Shown here one piece after another: positions 39,837 through 49,238 of a stretch of DNA of 64,000 nt. The notes under the pieces were generated by a model. The model was given only the letters and a program-made list of their open reading frames with translations, had not been told where the DNA came from and ran no database searches. Each line of letters begins with the position of its first letter. Within the stretch, counting starts at the first letter, position 1. The position numbers and the translations under genes are program-made. This DNA comes from a virus (taxonomy: Duplodnaviria > Caudoviricetes): positions 32,001-96,000 of the IMG/VR virus record IMGVR_UViG_3300025267_000006. One strand, given 5' to 3'.

Positions 39837-42800
39837 TTATTTCTTTTTCTTCTTCCTAGCTGCAGTCCGTTTCGGTTTTTTATAGGTAACTTCACCACCA
39901 GTTGTAAGACTCCACCCCTTCTTCTTCAATTCTTTTAGCTTCTCAGCAATAGCATTAAACTTCTTAGGGGAAATAGAAGTTATATTCTTCTCAAGCTCTT
40001 CTGTTTCTAATTCATTGTACTGATCCCACTCATCGAACAGGTCAGGGTCTATATAATTACCCAAACAAGTTCCGGGATCATTACCTAAAATATCAGATGG
40101 ATCCTCAGCCAATTCCATCTTAGCTCTATCCTGCCTACGCTGAATCCATAATCTAGTTATGTTCTGAATATTCGCAGCAGTGAGGGGAGATTCACCTGCG
40201 TCTTTCAAAGTAATGGTATCAGCAATGACTTGTTTAACTATGACTGCTTCTACAGACTCCATAAATTCTTGTGGTTTGAGAGACGAGACAGTTCTATCCC
40301 CTATACTATAAGTAGTAGGGATATCAGCCTCTCCTATTAACTTAGCAGCCGCCTCATTAGCATGAAGTGTACGGAAATTCCTGGCAGTTAGCCTTACATT
40401 CGGAAGAGCATCAACCGTAACCCCTCTAATATAAGGATTTACATCCCCCAGAGGAGGGGTGCCAGTACCTCCCCATGCTCCAGCAGAGAATATGTAATCC
40501 TCATCTCCCAACTTCTTATCCCCACTCATTTCCGTAAGTTTCTTAGCCAGCACAGGATCTGTAACTGGGGCATGGTTAACTTTACCCGATTTACCCACGA
40601 AAGAAAGCATCACAGAGCCATCTGATTGTGGAACTATATGCCGTTTCTGTAGAGTCGATATGCCAAAAGTTTTAACAGAGAATTGAGATACTGCAGCATC
40701 CTTCCCTTCTCCACGTATCTTAGAGGCCAAAAGATCACTCTTTACAATAGAAACATCTGGCTTTACTTTCCTAACAGCAGCCAAACCTTTAGCCGTAGAA
40801 ACCTTTCCCCCACCCGTCATCAATTTATCGCCATCTGGAACACTTATATCAGACTTAGAACCTACACTACCGGGACGACGAGCCGTATGAAAAATCAGAG
40901 CAGCTACCATAGCTGATCTCTGTATGGTATTCAGCCCCATAGCCCTATGCTTTGAAAAATCCTCGTTGGAAGTATCTTCTAGTGTAAATCTCTGGGGGCT
41001 GGATATATCTGAAGCTGCTCTCTGAGCAAGTTTATCTATGATCCCAGACTTAATTAATTTATTTACCTTGGCAAACTTGGATCTACTACTACTAGCAGAC
41101 CATGACCAACTATACTTAGTAACTGGTTTTCCTTTAGGACTTACAAGAGTTGCCTGTACCTTACCGTTCATATTTGTATTGATTAGAACATCAGTATTAG
41201 TACCTATATTAACCCAATGCCCATCCCCTGTAGTAACACCAACAAGACTCTTCTCAACCTCACCAGTTTCTTCATTCTCTACTTCTTTATAGACAGCTAC
41301 ATTAGGTTGAAGGGGAGTATCATTTGGATCATTAGCTCCTAAACCAGATACATAAGCTTGTCTGGTCTGTGCCGTAATCTGTGCACCAGAGATTTCCTCC
41401 AAACCCTTCGCATATTCTTCTATAGGCACCATCTGAAGTCCGCTAGGAAGCTCAGGATCAGGATCGACGGGTTTTCTAGCTCCCCTAGGAGCACCAGCCC
41501 CGGTAACCATTCCAGGCCCTATAGGGGCACCATCGGCAGTAATCTCATATCCAATAACATCATATTTACCGCCATGAGGGCCAACATGTTTTCCCCTATC
41601 ATGCCGATACTTTTGAGTTTCAGGAAGCTTCCAAGTCCAATCCTCAAATCGTGCCCATTCGGATTCTTCCTGTTTAGCCAGATACTCTACAGCAGTGAGA
41701 AGAGTCATAAGTTCAGGGAAATCGTCTGACTTCTGAACCTTACTCGACCCTTCTAAGACTTGAGCCAGTTTAGGATTTATAGACTTACCGCTCGGACTAG
41801 ACTTCGCTGATAGATACAGCGTTCTCATCCACTTACGGAACGGAGATTTCCAGTCTTCTCCATTTAATTTCTCAGTACCAGTACCAAAACGTACTGCTTT
41901 TTGGATATCTTCATGTCCCTTATGAAGTTCTTCCTCCAATGCCTCAGTGAACGCCTCTTCATTCTCAGCCTTCCAATGACCATTTGCGACACCAGATTCC
42001 TCCGCAGCAGCTTGCCGCTGTCTTGGAGAGAGATCCCTTCTATAGATATTACCCACACCACGAATCATGTCTTTAACTTTATCTACAGACAAGAACTGTT
42101 GAAAAGTATTGGAATCCTCTTGCAATACGGTTAGTGCTGTAAGATCTTCATTACTCATTGATTCTAAAGCTGCAGGAGTTTCTGAAATCTTAAATGTCTC
42201 ATAATCAGTAGTCTGACCGTTATAGCATCCAAGACCAGCCTTGTCCCCACCCATATCGCAGTTAGCACAGGTCCAATTATCCAAAGTGGGCTTAACTTCA
42301 AACTTTTCTGCTGTCTTTTTTCTGCCATCATCGATGGGACACATGTTCACACCGAGATGCTTTCTATTGTCGCTAGGCTGAATAGCCCGAACCTGTTTTA
42401 TATCTTCAGCCGTAGCCCCATTGTCCTTCTTCTTTAGATCCCTAACAGGAAGAACTACCTGAATACGATCTTTGTATTTCTCAGCAAACGAAAGATTCCT
42501 ATCGAGTTCGGCTTGCCTCTCTTCTGGTGTTCGAACCTTGCCCGTCCTTCTATCTTTTATCGGACCTTTACCAGTGAATACAAATGCTATTGGAAGATCA
42601 TTGCCTTCAGCTATTTCTGGATTATCCTGATCAACACTCAACAACCTGATATTTTCTTTAGCCACCATATTTAAAAATGCTGGACGCTTAGAAAATACAT
42701 GGACTCTGATGCCCGTACCCTTTGGTGTCTCCGCTCTATTTACGTGATAGATTACTTTGGCCCAAGCCTCAGACCCTTCTCCCCTATCAAAGAACCTTAA

Positions 42801-43940
42801 GGCACGATTATTATCAAAAAGAACTTTTCCTTTGCCGTATACAAAATCTTTAGCAACTTGTGCTGCAAATCTCTTAGGGTCATTATTCACAGCCCACTCT
42901 AGAAACTCCGATTTCATAATAATATTGGGCCATCGCCCCCTAGCGTTATAAGCGTAACAAAAATCCTTACAATCACCAGAAGGATTACAATTCAAAGGAC
43001 TTGCCGCTACGGCCCCCACAGGTTTAGCTGGACTACCCATGGCTTGAGATTTTTCAATATAATCCCATATGGCTTCACCGCCATCACTTTTAATAGCTTC
43101 ACCAAGCTCGTGTCTGGCAACAGAACTTTCACTTTCTCTTTCATCAATGGCAAAAAATGGATGATCCTCACCATTCAATAGGGCTGCTATTCCCTGCCTA
43201 CATTCAGCAGATCTCTTAACAGCTAACCCCCAGGGACTCTTCCTCCACTCATCCCTGTCTTCTTCCTCAACTCCCATCTCCTCTAGCACATCATCTAAAG
43301 TTTTTCCTAACGCTTCAGCCTGTTCCTCTAAGCTATCGGCAGACCATACGTCTAATCTATCTTCTATCGCTCCAAGACCTACATTCTGTCCATCCACAAA
43401 TCCTTCATGATCTATCTCGTCTAACCACGAACCAGCTATTTCTTCAACTCTATTTTCAGGAGTGTTTCCTAATAGTCCAAGTCCTTTAACAAAAGCAGCT
43501 ACACTTTTGATTTGATCTTCATTCAAATCGGGACGAACTGCACGTAACTTCTCTAGATGAGCGGCCTCAGCAGGATTAGCTTCAGTAGGAGCTTGAGGTT
43601 GAGGTTGAGGCACACCAGCAGGAGCTAAGGGATTTCCCTCTTGATCCACTTCCGTTCCTATTATTGAAAAACGTCCCTCTCTTGGCCCCTTATGTTGGCC
43701 CTCAGGATGGTAGTGACGCTTCTCTGGGGGAACAAACCCCGTAACCCACTCCTCAGAGATTTCACCCTGCTTAAATAAATATTCAGCAGCGGCAAGAAGA
43801 GTCATAAGTTCAGGAAGGTCGTTAGATTTCTTCAACTTCTTATTCTTCTTTTTATATTTATCTGCTTTATTGGAATCTCGAACAGATTTAATCCAATTAG
43901 CACTTTCATACGATCTATCTACATTTATTCGTATTACCAT
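39837..43940 (-). CDS. 1367-aa modular protein: leader + GP88-like Cys domain + leader + DNA topoisomerase IB
   Basis: NCNPSGDCKDFCYA...RFFDRG...FSKR; topo IB RPG, FVGKSG, NFRT, LGN, NYIDP. Confidence 0.85.
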   Translation of the reverse strand: MVIRINVDRSYESANWIKSVRDSNKADKYKKKNKKLKKSNDLPELMTLLAAAEYLFKQGEISEEWVTGFVPPEKRHYHPEGQHKGPREGRFSIIGTEVDQEGNPLAPAGVPQPQPQAPTEANPAEAAHLEKLRAVRPDLNEDQIKSVAAFVKGLGLLGNTPENRVEEIAGSWLDEIDHEGFVDGQNVGLGAIEDRLDVWSADSLEEQAEALGKTLDDVLEEMGVEEEDRDEWRKSPWGLAVKRSAECRQGIAALLNGEDHPFFAIDERESESSVARHELGEAIKSDGGEAIWDYIEKSQAMGSPAKPVGAVAASPLNCNPSGDCKDFCYAYNARGRWPNIIMKSEFLEWAVNNDPKRFAAQVAKDFVYGKGKVLFDNNRALRFFDRGEGSEAWAKVIYHVNRAETPKGTGIRVHVFSKRPAFLNMVAKENIRLLSVDQDNPEIAEGNDLPIAFVFTGKGPIKDRRTGKVRTPEERQAELDRNLSFAEKYKDRIQVVLPVRDLKKKDNGATAEDIKQVRAIQPSDNRKHLGVNMCPIDDGRKKTAEKFEVKPTLDNWTCANCDMGGDKAGLGCYNGQTTDYETFKISETPAALESMSNEDLTALTVLQEDSNTFQQFLSVDKVKDMIRGVGNIYRRDLSPRQRQAAAEESGVANGHWKAENEEAFTEALEEELHKGHEDIQKAVRFGTGTEKLNGEDWKSPFRKWMRTLYLSAKSSPSGKSINPKLAQVLEGSSKVQKSDDFPELMTLLTAVEYLAKQEESEWARFEDWTWKLPETQKYRHDRGKHVGPHGGKYDVIGYEITADGAPIGPGMVTGAGAPRGARKPVDPDPELPSGLQMVPIEEYAKGLEEISGAQITAQTRQAYVSGLGANDPNDTPLQPNVAVYKEVENEETGEVEKSLVGVTTGDGHWVNIGTNTDVLINTNMNGKVQATLVSPKGKPVTKYSWSWSASSSRSKFAKVNKLIKSGIIDKLAQRAASDISSPQRFTLEDTSNEDFSKHRAMGLNTIQRSAMVAALIFHTARRPGSVGSKSDISVPDGDKLMTGGGKVSTAKGLAAVRKVKPDVSIVKSDLLASKIRGEGKDAAVSQFSVKTFGISTLQKRHIVPQSDGSVMLSFVGKSGKVNHAPVTDPVLAKKLTEMSGDKKLGDEDYIFSAGAWGGTGTPPLGDVNPYIRGVTVDALPNVRLTARNFRTLHANEAAAKLIGEADIPTTYSIGDRTVSSLKPQEFMESVEAVIVKQVIADTITLKDAGESPLTAANIQNITRLWIQRRQDRAKMELAEDPSDILGNDPGTCLGNYIDPDLFDEWDQYNELETEELEKNITSISPKKFNAIAEKLKELKKKGWSLTTGGEVTYKKPKRTAARKKKKK

Positions 43941-46900
43941 AATAATTCCCTACGCTGGTCGAGGTTCCCCAACTGTACCCTTCACGGGTTTCTCATCCTC
44001 ATCGCTACTTGGAGCCGCAGCTAGTAATTCTGCTATACGTTCTGGGGAAGGAGTTCCCACTACGGATTGTTTTAAACTCTCTGCCAACTGTTTATCTCCT
44101 TGCTTCCTTCTCTCCACTAACTGATGCTCTGTAAGTTTGGGTGCTTTAGTAGGAAAGGTAGAACTTTCCTCTGTATCAGCATAAGGATCAATAGACAATT
44201 TATCATCTGATGACAACTCTGCCCAGAGCCTAGGATGAACACTTCCCGACTCAGGTTCCCATCTTCTAGCTAAGCTCATAGCGGTCAATATTGATTCACG
44301 TTTCGAAGGATTCATTCTATGAATACCCTCAGCGTCAAAGTGTCCATATTGATGATCAATCTTATCAACGTCACTCATAGTCTCCTGATTATATTCCTCT
44401 ATCATCTGAGCTACAGAATCTCTATAATCCCATACCTGTGTCTTCCTATTAGGAGAATTAATTCCAAGAACCTCATTCTCATTACCAAGAAAGGCATAAG
44501 ATCCAAAATGAGTGAAAATATCATCTTTAGATATCTCAGATTTAAGAACTACAATTTCATCCGCCTTATCGCCAACCCATCTGTCAAAAGTCGATGATGG
44601 CTCAGCCTTCGGATTCATCTCATCTTGATACTTCTCATAAGAGGTAGACTCAAGCAACCAATCATTATCAGAAGCCTTGGCTGAAAATTTAAAAGCTACA
44701 TAAGGTTTAATTGTCCAACTCGTAAGGGGATTGGATTGAAGCTCCACTTCCTCACCCAAATAAGATTTTTCTCTCACTTCGTCTTTTAATCTAGCTCTCC
44801 GATATAATTTATCCCTCCCCTTCTCACCCACCGCTGTTATCTCACCATATTTACCCTCACGGGTAAATTTTCTAGATGGATCCGCTATCTCTCCTACAGT
44901 AGTACCCCTGTAAACAGTCAAAGTGTCCGTATCAGGAAAAGCCAAGTCCAGCATCCACCTACTCAAAGCTTTATGAACTCTTACATACTCATCAATATCC
45001 TCTTGAGTAGGTTTTGCCCCAAGTTCCTCTTCCTCCCACTTAGATTCCAACAGTTGTTCAGCATTATCTTTCGCCAGAGACAGACCTCTATCATCTTTGG
45101 CTCCCTGAAAAAATTGAACATCCCCATCAAACTGACGACCCACAGATTCCTGAATAGCCCAGGAGAAATAACCGCCAGTAGAATCAGCTTCCCAATCATC
45201 CTTAGCCAACCTATGAATGGTTGAGAATTTAGTATTTGAATATAACTCATCCACCACACGAACCAATCTTGAGGTTGGGTCTGAACTCTCTAAATTCTGT
45301 AACCCACTTAAAACTTGACCATCAAATGTAGAATTTGGGAATGCTTTCCTGAATCCATCTTTACCCCCCTCTGGCATGGAAAGATTCTCAGAAAAATAAT
45401 TTATTAAATCATTCCCCAGATAACTAGCAGCTTTATATCTCAGGAAAGCTTGCTGAGCTATCGTAGGATTTGAATGCTCCATAAGAGGTAAAGCTTCTTG
45501 GCTGTTATATCCATTAACCCACTTATTCCTACGAGTAAAAGAAGGAAAAAGCCTTTCTTCATATAACTTTTCCAAAAAGAAATCCCTTTGTTCCTCCCTT
45601 CCCTTATCCCCAAACAGATCTTGTGCAGTTCTAAGTACGGTTCCTATTTCCCCTTCATGCAAAACAGGTTCAGGTTTCGTCCATTTACCTCTTCTTGCCG
45701 CAGTTGGATCTAATTTTATATCCCTTTCAATCATCTGCTTGTCAACGGTATCCCAATCCACCTCGTACTGGCCCGGAGTATATGAAGTTGGGATTTCTAT
45801 AGGAGTTTGTCTAACCTGAGTCGGTACAGCCTCACCTAAATCATTCCCGTCCTGATCCACTTCAGTCCCGATAATATCAAAACGACCTTTCCTTGGTCCT
45901 TTATGTCTACCTGTAGGACTATATTTACGTTTCTCTGGTGGGACATACCCTGTTGTCCACCCCTCAGACCCTTCTCCCTGCTTAGCCAAATACTCTGTGG
46001 CAGCGAGAAGTGTCATAAGTTCTGGAAGATCGTTAGATTTCTTAATTTCCTTCTTTATAGATAAGTCTGCATGTATCGCTACTTCACGAGTTCCAAGAAA
46101 ATCCCCTGCCGTATCAACACGAACCAAAGCATTATCTGGAACTGATTCCCTCGATACCTCACTTATACCCACTGTATCTGGAGTTGCATCACGGAAATTA
46201 ACTAGAGGATCACCCACAAATAAAGGGTTTTGTACTAGAGGAAACCACTGTTTAGTATCCTCCTCGGTCATTTCAACTGCTATATCGAAGTAGTCATCGA
46301 GGAAATCCGCAATGTCCGCTCTATTCCTCTGATACAAAGTTACGAAATGCCTAGTCTCTCTTCCTGCAGGAGGATCACTTTCGATATCTATTAGAGGCTC
46401 CAATGCTTGCTCATACAAAGCGGTATGAATGTCGTCAGAATCAATCTCTTCATCTATTTCCGCTAAACCCTTATCTGCCGCCGCTTGTAATCTACTATGA
46501 ATGTATTGAGCATCCTCATCAACATACTTATTCAATAACTCTTTTATCTTCACCCAATCACTATCTGTATAGTCCGTAAGCTCAGTAGGCACACCTAAAC
46601 GTGCTATCTCACCCGCACGGAGCATTTCTTTTTGCATAAATTTGGCATGTTCTGGGTCAGTAGTAAAATAGGCTGCATTGTTTAGTTCTTTTGTTTGTGG
46701 GCCACCTAGCCCATGTACCTGCTCCTCATCCCCCCTTAATGCCAAAATCGTCCCAGATGATTGTATTTTTTGGTGATGGGGAGAAACATGATACAAAACA
46801 TCGGGTAATTCAGCCTTAGCGATCTTCCTACCGTTCCCAGGGGATAAAGAATAGTCATTTGTTACGTGAACTTTAGGTTCAACAGAAGGAGCTTCTTCAG

Positions 46901-49220
46901 CCTGTTGAGGCTTAGGCTCAAAACTCTCCCCCTCAAACACCCAATCTTTACCGTACTCTAGCTGAGTACGTTTTGTGACTAATACGTTTGCCTCTCCAGC
47001 CTCTCCAACTTCGGGAGGTATGTTATATTGCTGATCAGGTAAATACGCATCTCCCTCCTCAGTACGTATTTTTATGGTCTGTGCGTCAGCAGCATCTAAT
47101 CCATAATCATCTTGTAACTGCTGTCTCCAAAAATCTGGATCACCTACATGTATGCCTCTAAGCCCGGATGGCCCATCTGCATATCCCACACTGTCTAAAT
47201 CATATACTTCTAAAGTATCTCCAGCCTTTGACCCCCATATAACACGAGCAACTTCCTCTCCCTCATCAGCCATACTCCAATCATACTCAATATTATCTTC
47301 AATCCACTCTCGTTCTTCTGCTTCTGAAGAAATAACAGCATCTTCCGGCTGTGGAAGGATGTTACCCTGCTGAGGGGGCATCGGAAGTTCGCTTATATCA
47401 TGAGGGCCAGGAGGTTGTGCCTGTGAAAGTTGACCTAAGGAATCACCATGTTCATTTACTTCTGTACCTATGATAGAAAATCTGCCGCCTCTAGGACCCG
47501 TATGGGTGCCTTCCATATGGTAGAAACGTTTTTCAGGTGGAACAAATCCTGAAGTCCACTCTTGGGACGGAGTTATTCCCTGTTTAGATAAATGCTCTGT
47601 AGCAAATTGATACTTATTTCTAACGTAATCCAAAGCTTCATCAGCAGAAGCTATCTCTCCCTCTTCCTGCTGCCCTTGAACATCACGAAGGATGTCTCCA
47701 AGCTCACGCCCTTCTTTAAAGCCAAGACCCTTCAGATCATTGCCTGTTAGAAGGGGAGCTATCTTCCCCTCTTTTAATCCACCAGCCTCAGAAACCTGCT
47801 TAATTCGATCCCGGAACCAAACATTCTCCTCATTTCCATGCTCAGTCATCGAACCATCAGGATTTTTAACTAATCTTCCACTTGCATCGGCCTCAGACAC
47901 AGCAGAAAGAAGATTTAGGTACTCAGTCCCATGCTTATTGATTAATCGCCTGAAAGCGGCATCTGAAGCCCCGTCTCGATGATATTGAAGAGGCTTGAGG
48001 TGATTCTCAACTAGAGAGGGAACTGTGGCTAAGATGTCCCTGTCATTAGTTAACTTGCCCAGGAATTCCTCTGTTATGGGAACACCCGCTGCCTCATGAC
48101 CGATAGCCCTACCATCTGAGGTAGTGGTCTCAGGCTTACCCAGGTCATGACATAACGCAGCCAGCATGATAATGGTTTTATCTTTTTCATCTGGAAAACG
48201 TTGGATAATCTCTGCTGCTTTATCCAGAGTCATCTTAGTGTGAATAAATACATCACCTTCAGCGTGGTAATCACTACGTTGGTGAGTATCCTTCAGTGCA
48301 GAGATTTCTGAGAACTGGGTATCCAGCACTCCCATATCATCCAGTGCCTGTATACCTGTAGATGGGGTAGGGGACTTCAATAATAACTTTTCGAATTCCC
48401 CAAAAACCCGCTCATTAGATATCTCAGACAAATCCATCGAACGAGCCAGTTCCTGGGTAGATGGATCTATAGAAAAATCAAACCGAGAAGCAAACTGTGC
48501 AGCCCTGTAAACACGGAGTGGATCCTCAACAAAGGTTTCCGGGCTTACATGTTTGATACGTTTCGCTTCTAAATCCTGTATGCCCCCAAAAAAATCCAAC
48601 ACTTTGTCATTTTTATAATCGTACATCAACGCATTGATCGTAAAATCTCTACGTCTAGCCGCTAATTCTGGAGATAAATTAGGGTTAGGCTCCACATCAA
48701 AATCGGTATGCTTATCTCCAACCTTAGTCTCAGTCCTAGGTAGGGAGATATCAAAATCCCCAACTTTGAATACACCGTAGATCTTGCCTACCTGATTCTG
48801 CTTGCCCCCCAAATCCTTTTGGACAATGTCTGATAGCTCATCGATGGTCAAACCATAAACTTCAATATCTACGTCTTTACTTGGTACTCCGAGTAATGCA
48901 TCTCTAACGCCCCCACCGACCACATAGGGATCGCCGTACTGAGATAGGGTGTTTAGAACATGCTGAGCTTCGGAATCCCTCTCTATCCAGGCCCGTACAC
49001 TTTCATTCTCCATGCCCGGAGCCAGAGTGGGAACGGGCTGACCAAGTGGATTTCCATGAGGATCTGTCTCTACCCCAATAATAGAAAAACGACCACCCCT
49101 GGGTCCTGTATGTTTCCCTTCAGGGTGGTAGTAGCGTTTTTCTGGGGGGACGTGAGAAGTTATCCCCTGCTTATATAGATACTCTGTAGAGGCAAGAAGG
49201 GTCAGAATCTCAGATAGTCT
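41518..49220 (-). repeat. five dispersed in-frame copies of a ~60-70-codon leader module (approx. 49035-49220, 47431-47603, 45832-46044, 43626-43832, 41518-41735)
   Basis: protein alignment by eye: (SNDLPELMTLLA)xEYLxKQ...VPPEKR..H.GP.xGRF.IIG.E.D..G..LG; copy 2 lacks the first helix, copy 5 is the most diverged. Confidence 0.95.
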
Positions 49221-49238
49221 ATATTTTTCTTGAGTCAT
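43950..49238 (-). CDS. ~1762-aa modular protein: leader + CCA-adding/HD + leader + ART-like + leader + ART-like
   Basis: VGGGVRD, DVD, RRDFTINA, EDPLR, ERVFGE, HDLGK; LYHVS..YFTTD..E; VYRG..SWT..ENE; start MTQEK in an ATGA overlap with the upstream stop. Confidence 0.85.
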   Translation of the reverse strand: MTQEKYRLSEILTLLASTEYLYKQGITSHVPPEKRYYHPEGKHTGPRGGRFSIIGVETDPHGNPLGQPVPTLAPGMENESVRAWIERDSEAQHVLNTLSQYGDPYVVGGGVRDALLGVPSKDVDIEVYGLTIDELSDIVQKDLGGKQNQVGKIYGVFKVGDFDISLPRTETKVGDKHTDFDVEPNPNLSPELAARRRDFTINALMYDYKNDKVLDFFGGIQDLEAKRIKHVSPETFVEDPLRVYRAAQFASRFDFSIDPSTQELARSMDLSEISNERVFGEFEKLLLKSPTPSTGIQALDDMGVLDTQFSEISALKDTHQRSDYHAEGDVFIHTKMTLDKAAEIIQRFPDEKDKTIIMLAALCHDLGKPETTTSDGRAIGHEAAGVPITEEFLGKLTNDRDILATVPSLVENHLKPLQYHRDGASDAAFRRLINKHGTEYLNLLSAVSEADASGRLVKNPDGSMTEHGNEENVWFRDRIKQVSEAGGLKEGKIAPLLTGNDLKGLGFKEGRELGDILRDVQGQQEEGEIASADEALDYVRNKYQFATEHLSKQGITPSQEWTSGFVPPEKRFYHMEGTHTGPRGGRFSIIGTEVNEHGDSLGQLSQAQPPGPHDISELPMPPQQGNILPQPEDAVISSEAEEREWIEDNIEYDWSMADEGEEVARVIWGSKAGDTLEVYDLDSVGYADGPSGLRGIHVGDPDFWRQQLQDDYGLDAADAQTIKIRTEEGDAYLPDQQYNIPPEVGEAGEANVLVTKRTQLEYGKDWVFEGESFEPKPQQAEEAPSVEPKVHVTNDYSLSPGNGRKIAKAELPDVLYHVSPHHQKIQSSGTILALRGDEEQVHGLGGPQTKELNNAAYFTTDPEHAKFMQKEMLRAGEIARLGVPTELTDYTDSDWVKIKELLNKYVDEDAQYIHSRLQAAADKGLAEIDEEIDSDDIHTALYEQALEPLIDIESDPPAGRETRHFVTLYQRNRADIADFLDDYFDIAVEMTEEDTKQWFPLVQNPLFVGDPLVNFRDATPDTVGISEVSRESVPDNALVRVDTAGDFLGTREVAIHADLSIKKEIKKSNDLPELMTLLAATEYLAKQGEGSEGWTTGYVPPEKRKYSPTGRHKGPRKGRFDIIGTEVDQDGNDLGEAVPTQVRQTPIEIPTSYTPGQYEVDWDTVDKQMIERDIKLDPTAARRGKWTKPEPVLHEGEIGTVLRTAQDLFGDKGREEQRDFFLEKLYEERLFPSFTRRNKWVNGYNSQEALPLMEHSNPTIAQQAFLRYKAASYLGNDLINYFSENLSMPEGGKDGFRKAFPNSTFDGQVLSGLQNLESSDPTSRLVRVVDELYSNTKFSTIHRLAKDDWEADSTGGYFSWAIQESVGRQFDGDVQFFQGAKDDRGLSLAKDNAEQLLESKWEEEELGAKPTQEDIDEYVRVHKALSRWMLDLAFPDTDTLTVYRGTTVGEIADPSRKFTREGKYGEITAVGEKGRDKLYRRARLKDEVREKSYLGEEVELQSNPLTSWTIKPYVAFKFSAKASDNDWLLESTSYEKYQDEMNPKAEPSSTFDRWVGDKADEIVVLKSEISKDDIFTHFGSYAFLGNENEVLGINSPNRKTQVWDYRDSVAQMIEEYNQETMSDVDKIDHQYGHFDAEGIHRMNPSKRESILTAMSLARRWEPESGSVHPRLWAELSSDDKLSIDPYADTEESSTFPTKAPKLTEHQLVERRKQGDKQLAESLKQSVVGTPSPERIAELLAAAPSSDEDEKPVKGTVGEPRPA

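Noticed and set aside
41518-49220. Leader repeats as inteins or mobile insertions
   Set aside because: No Cys/Ser start or His-Asn end, no terminal inverted repeats; they sit between domains rather than inside them
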